A stretch of 64,000 nucleotides of DNA from Octopus bimaculoides (taxonomy: Eukaryota), in the NCBI RefSeq assembly GCF_001194135.2, contig NC_069000.1:7515061-7579060 (forward strand), given 5' to 3'. Under the pieces are notes generated by a model that saw nothing but the letters and a program-made list of their open reading frames with translations, ran no database searches and was not told the origin of the DNA. Position numbers and translations under genes: made by a program. This document shows, in pieces, positions 1 through 24,254 of the stretch. The first letter of the stretch is position 1. Each line of letters starts with the position of its first letter.

Positions 1-31
1 GATGATGATGATGATATATATATATATATAT

Positions 32-67
<36 letters not shown>

Positions 68-340
68 GTTATTTTACTAGTGTCAGTCATTGCATTGCAT
101 CTGTGTTGGATTTTAATCACTCATATTGACCCCATCCTCTCCCAGGACATAGTTGGTGCCTATTGATCTTTGGTGAATAACACGCTTTGACATAAGGAGA
201 AGAACATAAGTTTATCCTAGTTAATATAAGCACTGACACATGGTTATAAATAGATATATATATAAGGGAAATTCACTGGCTTCTTGATAAAATTCTTGTA
301 AAAGAGTTTTATCCCTTTTTGAATTTATTTATATATATAT

Positions 341-680
341 AAGATCACCTGAAGGCAACGCTGACAAAGTGTCATATCCCTCCAGACAGTCTCGAATCAA
401 TGGCTGCAGATCACACTAGCTGGTGCGACATATGCAAGACTGGCACCACCAAACTCCAAAAAGATCTACTGCAGAGTGATGTGGCATGCTGTGCCTGGCA
501 CCACATGCAGAAATCTGAAAGTCAACAGCAGCAAGGCTTTGCATGATCCACCTGCGGATGTATCTGTCTCTCCAGAATCGGACTTCATAGTGATCAGAGG
601 TCACACAGCTTTAAATGATGTTTGGGAAAGTACTCATTACTTTGCGATGTTCATGAAAATGAATGAATGAATGAATGAAC
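341..680 (+). mobile_element. 3' end of an RTE-clade LINE, decayed
   Basis: Translates KDHLKATLTKCHIPPDSLESMAADHTSW and later *STCGCICLSRIGLHSDQRSH, resembling the RTE C-terminal zinc-finger-like motif, followed by a (GAAT)n tail. Confidence 0.75.
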
Positions 681-807
681 AAGTGTTCATAGCTTACATT
701 GGGTGCAGCATATGGAGTTTATACCGACTCCTTTTCTGCATATTGAACAAGGTCTTTTCTCTGAAGGTACACGGGTTCTAGAGTCCTGTCTTCAGGCAGG
801 AAACTGA

Positions 808-11960
<11,153 letters not shown>

Positions 11961-11966
<6 letters not shown>

Positions 11967-12020
11967 TTTAAGATCTTGTTAGTGTCATTTTCTAATTAAG
12001 ATCTCGTTAGTGTCATTTTC
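11961..12020 (+). repeat. About 29-bp tandem duplication overlapping the ATP6V1A stop codon
   Basis: TTCTAATT(T)AAGATCT(T/C)GTTAGTGTCATT twice, plus a partial third unit. Confidence 0.8.
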
Positions 12021-12109
12021 CCATCTTTTGTACAGATTTTGATTCTAACTTAGCTGTATGGTGTATAAATGTTATTTCAGCCCCTCCCCCACCTCTTTCT
12101 ATCTTCTCT

Positions 12110-12400
12110 CCCAGTGTACCATTGCAGTCTGTGTTGTAGTGTAACTACTACTACAGTCTCTGTTGTATACTTACCATTACAGTATGTGTGTTGTAGTGTA
12201 TCACTGCATGCTGTTGTAATGTACCTATTACTGCAGTCAATGTTATAGTGCATCACTGCAGTGTAATGTACCTAGCATGGCAGTCAGTGTTGTAGTGTAC
12301 CTACCACTGCAGTCTGTGTTGTAGTGTAACCACTACACACTGTTGCAGTAACGCTACAGTTGTTGTCTCCCTTTACTTCCAGTGTTGTGTAAGTCAGGAT
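12110..12400 (+). repeat. Degenerate minisatellite in the ATP6V1A 3' region
   Basis: Recurring CTGCAGTCTGTGTTGTAGTGTA-like units. Confidence 0.65.
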
Positions 12401-12467
12401 AACCAAACCCTACGCCCTCATCACAAGATGCTGACAACTAGGCTGTGCAAAGGATTCTTCTGGAAAC

Positions 12468-12675
12468 NNNNNNNNNNNNNNNNNNNNNNNNNNNNNNNNN
12501 NNNNNNNNNNNNNNNNNNNNNNNNNNNNNNNNNNNNNNNNNNNNNNNNNNNNNNNNNNNNNNNNNNNNNNNNNNNNNNNNNNNNNNNNNNNNNNNNNNNN
12601 NNNNNNNNNNNNNNNNNNNNNNNNNNNNNNNNNNNNNNNNNNNNNNNNNNNNNNNNNNNNNNNNNNNNNNNNNNN
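12468..12675. other. Assembly gap (other gaps: 19812-19853, 28464-28677, 42043-42068, 55653-56046, 60801-60810)
   Basis: Runs of N. Confidence 1.
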
Positions 12676-13171
12676 TATATATATATATATCTATATATAC
12701 ACACACACACACACACACATACACACATATACATTCCCTTGTCTTGTTGAGGCAAAGAAATGATGCTGTAGAATATGGCACTAAAACTAACCCCAGGAAC
12801 CAACTGCTTCTCCCCACTTCTTCATCTCACCTTAATATTCTATATAGACCCTACTGATGATAATGGGGGGAATTCCCTTTATATCAAATTGCTGTCTTCA
12901 TTATCATGATGATGCAAACACACACCTCTCCCCACTGCTGGGAGTTGTACAGTGTAGCTCCATTAATCAATGGCTCTCTGCTCCCATTCTTTTCATGTAG
13001 TTGTAGCTGCTGTGTGTAGTTTATGTCCTGCTTTCTTTTGCCAACTCTGCAACTCCAATGGTTTAGTTTGTTTATGCTGATTAAAGTTGTATATTTCTTT
13101 AGGTTGTCTTTATTATTAATCAGTGGAATTGGATGTTATAGATGTGTTGGCAGCAGTGACTTGTGTCTGTG

Positions 13172-13203
<32 letters not shown>

Positions 13204-13474
13204 AACACACCCAACTGTGAATAACAGATATCAGGTTTGTTGAGTGACATGTATACATACACAGATAGCTGTGTCCTCACATTAGAAGATTCTCCCTTCT
13301 GGTCTCTTTCTCTTCACATATTGTTCCAATATCTCTTTGTGAAATCTAAACCAGTTTTCCGTTTTACCAGAGATTTTCTCTGTCTTTTTCTTTCATTTCC
13401 ATTGAAATAATGTTTGTTGTTTTTTTTTTTTTCCAACAACTATTTTCCATTGATGTGTAATCGTTAGACAAAGA

Positions 13475-13480
13475 AATAAA
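13475..13480 (+). terminator. Candidate ATP6V1A polyadenylation signal (second candidate 13855-13860)
   Basis: AATAAA followed by GT/T-rich sequence. Confidence 0.35.
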
Positions 13481-14726
13481 AATGCTGTTGTGAGTAGTTT
13501 TAAAGAAACCCAAATGAGCAGCGTTCACTGCTGTGTCTAGCCCCTGTCCTTAACAGAAAGCTGTTAAGGCTAGCTGAAAGCAGGGACACTTATTTGCTAA
13601 CGTTGTCCTTAAACAATAGTTGTTCTGTTTGTGCTGGTTAGGTAGAGCCAAGCCAGAGATCTTCTAGTCATCCTATCAAGTTGGTGAATCATTGTTAATC
13701 AAAGAGAAACAATCAGGTCTTCTCCCTAAATAAATCTTTTTTTTTTTTATTATTTCCAAAGTTTCATAAAAGGAATTTGTTGTTGAAACAAAGAAAAAAA
13801 ATATGGAAAAAAAAAAAAAAAATCTATTAAAATAAAATGACTGTCTGCTGTTTTAATAAAAGGTTTCTGGTAAATATTGTTAATATTTCTGTCGTGTTGT
13901 CTGTTGTTGAGAGGAGCCTGGTTTATATACAGTTACAGATGGTGTGCATGAGTGTAGAAAAAAAGAAAATGGTCATATGCAGAATGTGTGAGTATATATA
14001 TAAAAACAAATATTTATACTGCTTGTTCCAAAAGTCACTGATGGGTTTCAATTTTTAATAACTTCCTTGACTTTATATCAAAATTTCATGCATTTATTTG
14101 TAAAGGACATAATTATGCACAAGTCAAACTTTGAAGCCCCACTACATCACATGAAAAACGGCGGGAACTTAGTTGCCAGCCCAATATTTAACATAGACAA
14201 CCTAAGGAGTTATTTAGAGAAATATCTCTAACTAGGAATTGAAATTATGTCCCAGGTGTTATGTGTGTGGGTCTATCATAAAGGTTAACTCTCACTGGCT
14301 CATTCCACTTAATTCTAAATAGGTACCATGATTTGTAAATTGTAACCACATGGGATACATGACAAAAGTTTTATTTAAGTTGTGGTGGGATTTCAGCTCA
14401 ACTAGTTGAGGCAAAATATACTGTGCCATCCATCTCTGATGATGTAATAGAGTTGAAGGAGTCTAGTTAATCTCTAACCTTTGTAATCTATAGCTTAGCT
14501 CTACTGCCTAGATTAACTGTATATTGTTGCTCTCTCTCTCTCTCTCTCTGTACATTGTTGGATGATTTGCATTGCTTCCCCTGCTTTCTGCCTGTCTTGA
14601 TTTAATAACCTACAGCTGTACTGCATGGCTTAGCTGTAGCCTCATGAAAACTCTGTCAAATTAAAACTTCAGTGCCCTTAGTCAAGTTAAAACCAGTGTT
14701 TATGCCGTCAGTCAATCAACAACACA

Positions 14727-14732
14727 TTTATT
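14727..14732 (-). terminator. Candidate COG8 polyadenylation signal (others at 14093-14098 and 13746-13751)
   Basis: AATAAA on the minus strand about 140 nt after the stop codon. Confidence 0.4.
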
Positions 14733-14871
14733 TGAAAAATATTTTAATGTATTTACAACCAAAATCTATAAATGTCCAAAAAGTTAATAAATAGTTCAGT
14801 AAGACCAAAGAATCAATAAACGAGGAATGATGCAAGAACTGTCCCTCCCAACACCACCACACTTGGACTGG

Positions 14872-17800
14872 TCAGTTAGTGGCAGAAGTTTCATCTAATT
14901 TAATATCATCCAAGTCTATTCTGTCTAATGATTCAGTGGTTAAGATCATGTTAGGATCATTGTCTTGAGGCACCACTTGTGACAGGGGGAGGGAGGATAA
15001 ATTGACTCTTGTAGGATCTATGGTAAAAGCCATGTTAGATATGGTGGTTGGAGACTCATCAGTAGTTGCTTCAGGGAAAGGAGCTGCTGTGACGGGGCTC
15101 ATCTCAGGAATAAAGGCTAGGGTCTTAGGAGGGACATCAGGGGTGGCCTCAGGAACAAAGGCTGGGACATCAGGGGTGGCCTCAGGAACAAAGGCTGGGA
15201 CATCAGGGGTGGCCTCAGGAACAAAGGCTGGGGTTGCCGGGGTTACAAGACTTGCCTCAGGAACAGAAGCTGGCATGACAGGGGTTGCTTCTGGAAGAGA
15301 AGCTGGCATGACATGGGTTGCCCCTGGAACAAAGATTGGGGTGACAGGGGTTGTCTTAGGAATGGAGGCCGAGGTCTCTGTTGTTGCCTCAGGAACACAG
15401 GCTGGGATGACAGGAGTTGCCTCAGTTACAGAGGCTGGGGAAATAACCAGTGTATCCTCTGGTGTAGAAGCTGCAGATGTATTAAGGGTTTCTCCTGCTA
15501 CAGTGGCTGAGGACATCTCTGGGCTAAGTTCTCTCTTAGTAACTGCGTTTTCAACTTCTTGAGCATTCTGCTGGGATGCTTCTACATTGGTGTCTTCCAG
15601 AGGAGGAAGGTTCATTTCCATTGCTGCTGTTTCCATGACATCATCTTCCTTTTCAGGAAGCAGGTGACTGACTCCCGCTTGGATAGATTCAATGTTTAAA
15701 CTGCCAGGATTTCCCTAAATAACAACAACAAACATTGTAAGAAACATAATCAATGTTGAACTGTAGAAATGAAATTGTAATGATCAGATCTTTCATGGAA
15801 GTATTAGCAAAGAGATTGATATAAGCTCCTTAAACTCGGGCTATAGATTGTTAAGTAATTCAAATGTTAGTGCAATTAATTGTGATGAATTCCCTAGGTA
15901 CAACACACACACAACTGGTTTCCATCTCATGGTCGAGTGGTTATTAGTGGGCCATGTCAGATACAGATGTTGGAACTAATCTGGTGATAGAGAGGGATTA
16001 TTGTCTTTCAGATATTTTGAAAGATTAAGGCTTCAATACAGTAAAGATGTAGGGAGGAATTGTCGGGGGATTGTGAACTCTTTTTTTTTTACAAATAAAA
16101 GGTTCAGAGTTCCAAACTAGTCTAGGAAGCAATTTGTAACAAGATGCTCGGGTGTATGAGAGTGTATGCAAAAGTATGTACAACTGGAAGCTCCATCACT
16201 GAAACCCAAAGGCATCAAATTTACATTTCACCTGACAGTGATGTGGTGGCTAATCTCTGGCACCATCATCCAGAGGATGTAACTTAGATGGATACTTACC
16301 ATTGCTGTGAGGTCAACAACTGTCAGTCCCAGTGTCTGAGCCAGCTGTGACGGAGGAAACAATGTTAACATGCATTTCTGTACATAAGGCAGAAAATGTT
16401 TGGTGTAGACTTGAAGCAGGTGTTGCAAATGGTCAGTCTCGGCATTGCTTAATGTACTTTCTTCCGCCCTGGACATAAGAAAGGAAAATAGTGACTTTAA
16501 ACAATGTTAGCATACAGAGGGATTTGATGAGAAACTGTAGCAGGGTTGGAGGAAGTGAGATTGTGTGGTGTTCAGACCTTTCTAAAAATGAAATTAATAA
16601 TAGGAAGTGAAATAGCTGGGGACCAGTTGGTGACCCCAGATTTTGCCCCATAGAACTATAGCTATGTTGAATTTACAAAAAAAACTGTAACCCTGGCAAC
16701 AACAGGATAGTCTCAGACATATTGGCCAAGCAGCCTAAATCATAAATGGGGAGGCACAGCTGTAGAGTTGCAAAAGTACAGATATAAAATAATAATAATA
16801 TATAATATATAGTGCTCAGGTGCTCTACAACTCATCAGAAAAAGTAACCAAAACTGCATGAATAGTACAGAGAATATGCACAGGAAGTGAACAGTGGAAA
16901 AGATTTAAAAAAAAAAGAAAAAGAAACAGGGGTGGGGGGCATCAGGCGAATTTCAGGAAGCATAGAAGTCTTGACAGCTAACAACTGATGCAGGTAGTTT
17001 ATTCCATGCCTCAGCAATTCTGAGTGTGAAAAAACGTTTATGGAGATGCAGATATGAAGATACAAATGCGGAGGTTACAGCATCACACAAGGAAAATTAT
17101 AAAACAGTTGAGTATATGGATGTTGAACTGAGAGTTCTTTTACAGGGATTAGAAAAACCATAGGACCACTGCAATAAGTGTGTGAATCTGAGAGGAGAAT
17201 ATGTTGAATAAAATCATAATTAATTGAACCTCCTGCATTTTCTTTTACCCCAAAACCAGGAACTTTTCAGCACCCCCTTGTAATAGAGCAACTGTCAACT
17301 CACCGATGAAACAACAATATGACATCATTGACCTTCAATAAAGACTTCTCCAGTTTGTCGCTGATGTCACAGGCCAAAGAGATTGGCAGACACAAACGTA
17401 AATCGTTAAAGGCAGTCAACACATGGTTACAATAATTAGCCAAAGGTTGAAAATCCAGGAGAACTGAAGGCGGGTATAACTGACCAGGCTAAAATACAAA
17501 GTGGACAGAAGTAATGGTCAAATACGGATTGCTATTATTAGAATGGCAAGGCAGTGTGTTGGCAGAATCGTTAGCACGCCGAGCGAAATGCTTAGCAGTA
17601 TTCCGGCGGCGTCTAATCCATTAATCATGGCTGTCCAATGATTAAGATGCATTGTTTTATATTAAATAAAGACAGTATCCATCTATTCGACACTATGTCA
17701 CATTTTCGTACTCAATACAAAATAAGATATCTATATTTTTATCCATTATTTACTATTGTAAAAAGGAATTAATGATAGGATATTATAATTCATACTAATT

Positions 17801-20800
17801 ATCATTATTAACTTTACCAATACATATTGACTAAATTAAATAATATATTTTCTGCTCTGCATGGCGATAGATACATTAATTTCTCCAATAACATTAATTA
17901 ATTAATGTGAAATGATTACAACTGAGAATAGAAACCAGATCACAAGAATAAGTTGTTTAAAGAGGTGAAAAGTGTTACCTGGGTTGACATGTTGTATGCA
18001 AGACCTCCAGTAAATGTTAAACCCATCAGATTGTAAGACTGCATCATTTCAGAGAACCTGGCAGATAATAATGTAGAAAAGATATTATTGAGATCATGTA
18101 GAGAAGATGTAGAGATAGTGGAGAGTTCACGGTATACGATGGATGATACATAAATTATGAAGAGATATTATGTGGATAATACTCAGAAAAAAAGATTTCA
18201 AAAGCTGGTAGCTCCTCAGTTAATAAAGCAGTTGCCAGTGAGGTCTTTTAAGGTTAATACTATGACAAATGTGGGGTTTGTAAAGTGGCAGATTGTTACT
18301 GGTTGGTCAATATAATCTACTGGACAGCATACAACACAACACCACACAATGCAACACTACCACCATCACAACAATCACATACAACCTCAGATAACATGCC
18401 CTAACACAAACAGTAAAACACTATATGTATGATATTGCCATCATCATCATTTTAACATCAATTTTTCATGCTTGCATGGGTCAGATTTATTGAGGCAGAT
18501 TTTCTATGGCTGGATGCCCTTCCTGTTGCCAACCCTTACCCGTTTCCAAGCTTTTTATGTGGCACCAGCATGGGTGATATTTACATGGCACCAGCACCAG
18601 TGCTTTTTATGTGACACCATCACCGACAGGGCCACCAATTACCTTGCAAGACAAAATCATTTCCATTTTTTAACTGAAGAAGTTTTACTGAAGAAGCTTT
18701 CCTTCAAAGCTGCTGGCTTTGTGCCAGAGAGTAGAAATGGGGGAGGGGGTATTCTGATGTAGAAGATACATAAAGCATCAATAAATTAGATGATGGGGTG
18801 ACTCACTCTCCTGAATGAACCTCTATGTGATCACCTGACCTGCTAGAAATTGCAACAACATCTTAACCATAATGTCAAAAAAAGAAAAACATATTGTTAA
18901 TGAGGTCTGAAATAAAAAAACTAAAGATGAAAGATTGAATGGTCATGGTTGGGATGCTTTTCTTTATAAGATCAGGGCTAATTTGGAACTAAATGACAAC
19001 AACCACTTCATTTAAAACAGCCACAGTCACAACGGTGAAGGCAGAGCTGGGAGTAATATCTTGTTATTTCACTGTCTCCATAAGACTGTAAGAGAAGGAA
19101 TATACAACATCATATGCCACTACAACCACACCATCACATCCACTACACTACCACACAACCAACACCAACACTACAACCTAGACAGTAAAAGACTCACTTC
19201 TTGTTAGCATTGTTGAGTGTCACTTGAAACGAGTTGAGGGCAGCAGAGTAGAATATTGGCACCAGGAGACTGCGGAAGTCAGCCCCTATACGACTGAAGG
19301 ACAGACTGAAGTACATACACTGACCAACCAGGGAGTCTAGACGGCCTCCAACACCTTTAGACAGGTCACACTCCAGAGTGCTGAGGAACTGGTTCACCTA
19401 AAGATAACAAAAGACAATCATCTTCATGACCACTACCATCGACGAATACATCAAAAAAGATATTTACAGTATGTATGAGTGTTTTAGTTCTCTATTTCCC
19501 CACCCATAGGTTATGGGCCCATCCGTATTCTATTATCATGGTCAGACAATTATTGTCTGCTATATAACTCAGTGATATTTCTATTAACATTGGTTTTACA
19601 TTTTGGCACAAGGCCAGCAGTTTCAGGTGAAGAGAAGAAAGTCTTTTACATTAACTCCAGTGATCAACTGGTACTTATTTTATCAACCCTGAAAGGATTA
19701 AAAGCAAACTCGATCTCGGCAGAATTTGTCATAAATGCAGTTTTAAGTTTATCATTATCATCCAATTGATACACTAACAACTGTGTACACCCCAATACCC
19801 CCCCCCCCCCANNNNNNNNNNNNNNNNNNNNNNNNNNNNNNNNNNNNNNNNNNATACCACCCCACATCTGTTAGAGTGTCACTTACCTTGAGTGTGAGCC
19901 AGCTATAGAAAGGTGAGGAATGTTGGAGGAGGTCGTCGCGTGGTGCTGACGATGACGATGATGTCACAAGTGTGTCATCATCAGAGAAGATGGCACGGTA
20001 CTGTGTTATGATGTCGAATAAGTGGACGCGACTTGCTTCGATTATCTTGGTGATGTGGACATAGGCTGGACAAGAGGAAAACAGTACATTAGGGATATTA
20101 GTTGTAGTGTTGTTATAATGTTACTGTAGTGTTAGTTATGATGGTAATTACAGTGGAAACTGTAATGGCAATTATAGTGTAAGCTGCAGTGGTACTACAG
20201 TGTAAGCTGTAGAGGCAATATAATACACAGACTGTCAAAGTTCTGAATGTGTTATGGTCCTAATTCAGGTATTTTCAGTCTGTTACCTATTAACAGAGTT
20301 GTAGTGTCTTCCTAAATCAACTGATCAAGCTGTAAACAGGTATCGTGTGGAGGTAGCTATTTAGGAGATTTATATACTGTTAGAGTAAATGAGTCTACAA
20401 CTGGATGTCTAGCCTTCTGTTAACTATAGTGACAGGTGGTGGGGAAGAGTGAAACCTGTTTATCAGTTAGGCAGCCTGAGGCAGTTATGTGTGAAGTGAT
20501 GACAATATACACCCCAAACATCAGCCAATTAAAAGAATTTACAGCTACAACCAACCTCTGTTGGTGAGTGAGAGTTTGAGTATGGAGCAGCTTACCATCA
20601 TCTGTTGGGATTCCATCAATGATACACTGGAACCATGCATCGCGAGCCTGAGGAAATATAAAGAACAGGTTAGGGAACCTGAAATGTAACTACATTAACA
20701 ACAGTAGCCATTCCAAAATTACTCAATAAAAGTGTACCAATACTCAGTTCACAGACACACACGCACACACACAATAGCCAACAACACCAATTTGACAGCA

Positions 20801-23800
20801 AAGTTACATCATATAGCATTGTTACAACGTGACACTTCATGTGTGTTACAACACTGTCATCCACATGGGCTACAATACTCATCACATGACATGAGTTACA
20901 ACAGTCACACCACATGACAAAATTATCACACGACATGATACAGCACTGTCACAGCTTGTGTTTCAATACTCTCATATCACATGCATTATAATATATAGTT
21001 CACAATATTGTCAAACAATGAAATACAATGTCACACCATGTTACAATCCTGTGTTACAGTAAAATTCCAAGGATACACAGACACAAGACACATACTGACC
21101 TGCAAAAATTTGATGCGTAGTTCAGCCTCTGAAAAGACATCCATCCTTCTTAAGTAACCAATAACTCTTAGACAAAGAGGCAGTTGGATGTTGGTCCGCA
21201 GTTGTTGGATTAACTGATTCAACATCAACTGTGTTGATCCTTTAACTTCATCAACGATGCTCTGGGAGAGTAAAACACGCGAAGTAATTAGTGGTGTGAA
21301 TCCTTTTATTTCATCAATGATACCCTTTAAAACATCAAGTAATGAATATTACACACTATTAGTCGGGGGGGGGGGCTCTGAAAGGGGTCTCTTAGAAAAC
21401 ATATTTTTGTTGTGTCAGCATATACAGAAGAAAAACAAACAAACCATCCACTTGTTTTGACATTTTCAGAACTATTTCACTTGTGCTTTGTTGACCTTAT
21501 TTGAAACCTTACTCTACATTTAACACCATCCTTCAATGTCTCGCCAACTATCTCCTGACCCCAGTACAATATGGTCCTCAACAAGATGGGGGTACCTATC
21601 CTTCCTCCAAGGAAGCTGAAGGCTGCTAGAGGTAGACAATCCTGAAGACAATTATACATAGAAAAGCTAAATTAATATCCTGTGAAAATCTGAAAGGCAA
21701 AGTTGACTTCAGTAGAGTTTGAACTCGGAACATATAGATAGCAAAATGCCACTAAGCATTTTGTCATGCTAATGATTCTGCCAGTTTGCCACTTTAATAA
21801 TAATAACAATAATAATTGTTTCTACTAAAGGTACAAGGCCTGAAATTGGTGGGGAGGAGACTAGTTGATAACATTGATCCCAGTGTTTCACTGGTACTTA
21901 ATTTATTGACCCTGAAAGCGTTAAGTTGACCTCGGCAGAATTTGACCTTAGAAAGTAGCGGCAGACGAAATACCACAAGGCATTTCACCTGGTGTACTAA
22001 CGATTCTGCTAGCTCGCAACCTTTCTTAATAATAATAATAATAATCCTTTCTACTAAAGACACAAGGCCCGAAATTTGGGTCGGAGGGGGTTAATCAATC
22101 ACATCGACCCCAATGTTTCACAGGTACTTAATTTATGAACCCCGAAAAGATGAAAGGGAAAGCTGACCTGGGCAGAATTTGAACTCAAAAAAACGTAGGG
22201 ATGAACAAAATGCCGCTGAGCATTTTTCCCGGCGTGCTAATGATTCTGCCAGCTTGCTGCCTTAATAGTAGTAACAACAACATCAATAATACTTACAGCA
22301 ATGACAGGAAGATTGTAGTGTTTCTTCTCCAGCCGTTTCACATGAGCAGTTAGCTCCAGAGCCTCTTCATAGTAACCATTTCGCACACAAGTGTCCATCA
22401 GTTGTGGCATCTCTAGGATCTCCAGTAACTGGGTGTGACGTTGCAGTGTTAAACTGTTCATACGACGGCTGTAATAACATGACAGAGAAACAGAATAAAA
22501 CATGATGCCTAATATATTTACAGTTACAATATATAATATATATAAACATTATATATATAAAATTATATAATTATATTCTTTTACTTGTTTCAGTCATTTG
22601 ACTGCAGCCATGCTGGAGCATCCACTATAGTCAAACAAATGAACCCCAGGACTTATTCTCTGTAAGCCTAGTACTTATTGTATCGGTCTCTATTGCCAAA
22701 CTGTTCAGTTATGGGGATGTAAACACACCAATAGCGGTTGTCAAGGGTTGAAGAGTATACTTGGTGGGTTGTGTTATGGCACCAGCGCTAGAGAGGTTAC
22801 CATGCCATTGATAAAATTAAGAGTCCTCTTAACTCTACACTTTATATATATGCGTGTATGTGAACAAAGCAATAAATATTTGTTAAATATCTTCACACAA
22901 ATGACATTGACATAGAGAGATGCAAATATTCATTCATATACACTCACGTATATAAGTTATGAAGCAAATATGTAAAAACAAAAAAGTACACTTACATATA
23001 CAGACACACTTACATGGACAAATTTAAACACACATGTACGCATGGAAATTGACACATACACACACACGCAAAGAAATATTTATACAGTAGAGATGTTGGG
23101 AGACTGGACATGACGGTGATGGTAGTAGTAGTAATGATTATAATGGTTGCGGAGGTAGTGATGGAGGTGGTGGTGGTGGTAGGGAAGATGTTACTAATAG
23201 ATAATGGCAGGTGTTGTGGTTTAGATGAAAGTGTACATGCTGAAGAAGAGGAAGAAAAAAAAAATGAAGAAACAGCTGAACCTCACCTGGCATTAATCTC
23301 CTGTGCTCGTTTAGCAATGTTCTCACATTCAGAAGAGAATGGTGGCAACTGTTGTAATAAGTTACTAACATGTTTCTCAATGATTTGAAACTGGAAGAAA
23401 AAAGATGAAACAAAAAGAAAAAAAAAATTAATGAATGGTTATGAACCTGGAACAATGTGGTTTAGACTGAACCTGGAACAATGTGGTTCAGAAGTAAACG
23501 TTTTACCACACAGCCATGCCTGCACCAACATGCATGTACTTGTATCAAATATTGTAAATAGAATGTTTATAGTGAATTGTCTAAGTAGATATATTAGGTG
23601 ACTAACTCTGAGGCTGAGAGATCAACAACAGGCCTAGATTATTGTGTCAAAGACCAGCTCAATTCTCCTAGCTTTCAGTAGGCTGGCTATTAGAACTGTT
23701 GAAGAAAGTTATCTGGTGATAGACTAGTACCCTATCCAAGGGAGGTGTACTCTCTCATTCATTTTAAGCTACAGAAATCAGAGCTGGTCCCTGTGGATGA

Positions 23801-24203
23801 CAGAGACATTCTTAACTTTATTGTGCTGTTGAAAGAAAAGAACAAGAGGTTAAACAATGTCCATTTGTTTGTATATACTCACATCTTCAAAGATCTCTCT
23901 AGAACATTCAGCTGTCTCAATAAATGTTTTGTAATTATGAAATGCTAAATCCTGAGTTTCCTCGAGAATCTGTGCTTTCTCTTCTGCAAGTCTCTCTGGT
24001 TCTCGGCCTGCAATCAGAAAATATGGTGCATTTATAGCAATACTCATAGAATGATAATTGGTGTACATGCTGCATGGAGTGGTAGCATGTCGTGTGTACA
24101 GTGGTGTCTCAGTGCATATAGAATATGGAGTGGTAACATGGTGTATATACAATGATAATATAATTTATATGCAGAGTTCCGTGGTAACAGTGTGTGTGAG
24201 TAC

Positions 24204-24254
<51 letters not shown>

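Noticed and set aside
15002-15562. 186-aa plus-strand ORF
   Set aside because: Antisense shadow of the repetitive COG8 last exon.
14200-15714. Peptide deformylase overlapping the COG8 3' end, as in mammals
   Set aside because: No deformylase motifs (GxGxAAxQ, EGCLS, HExxH) seen on either strand by eye.
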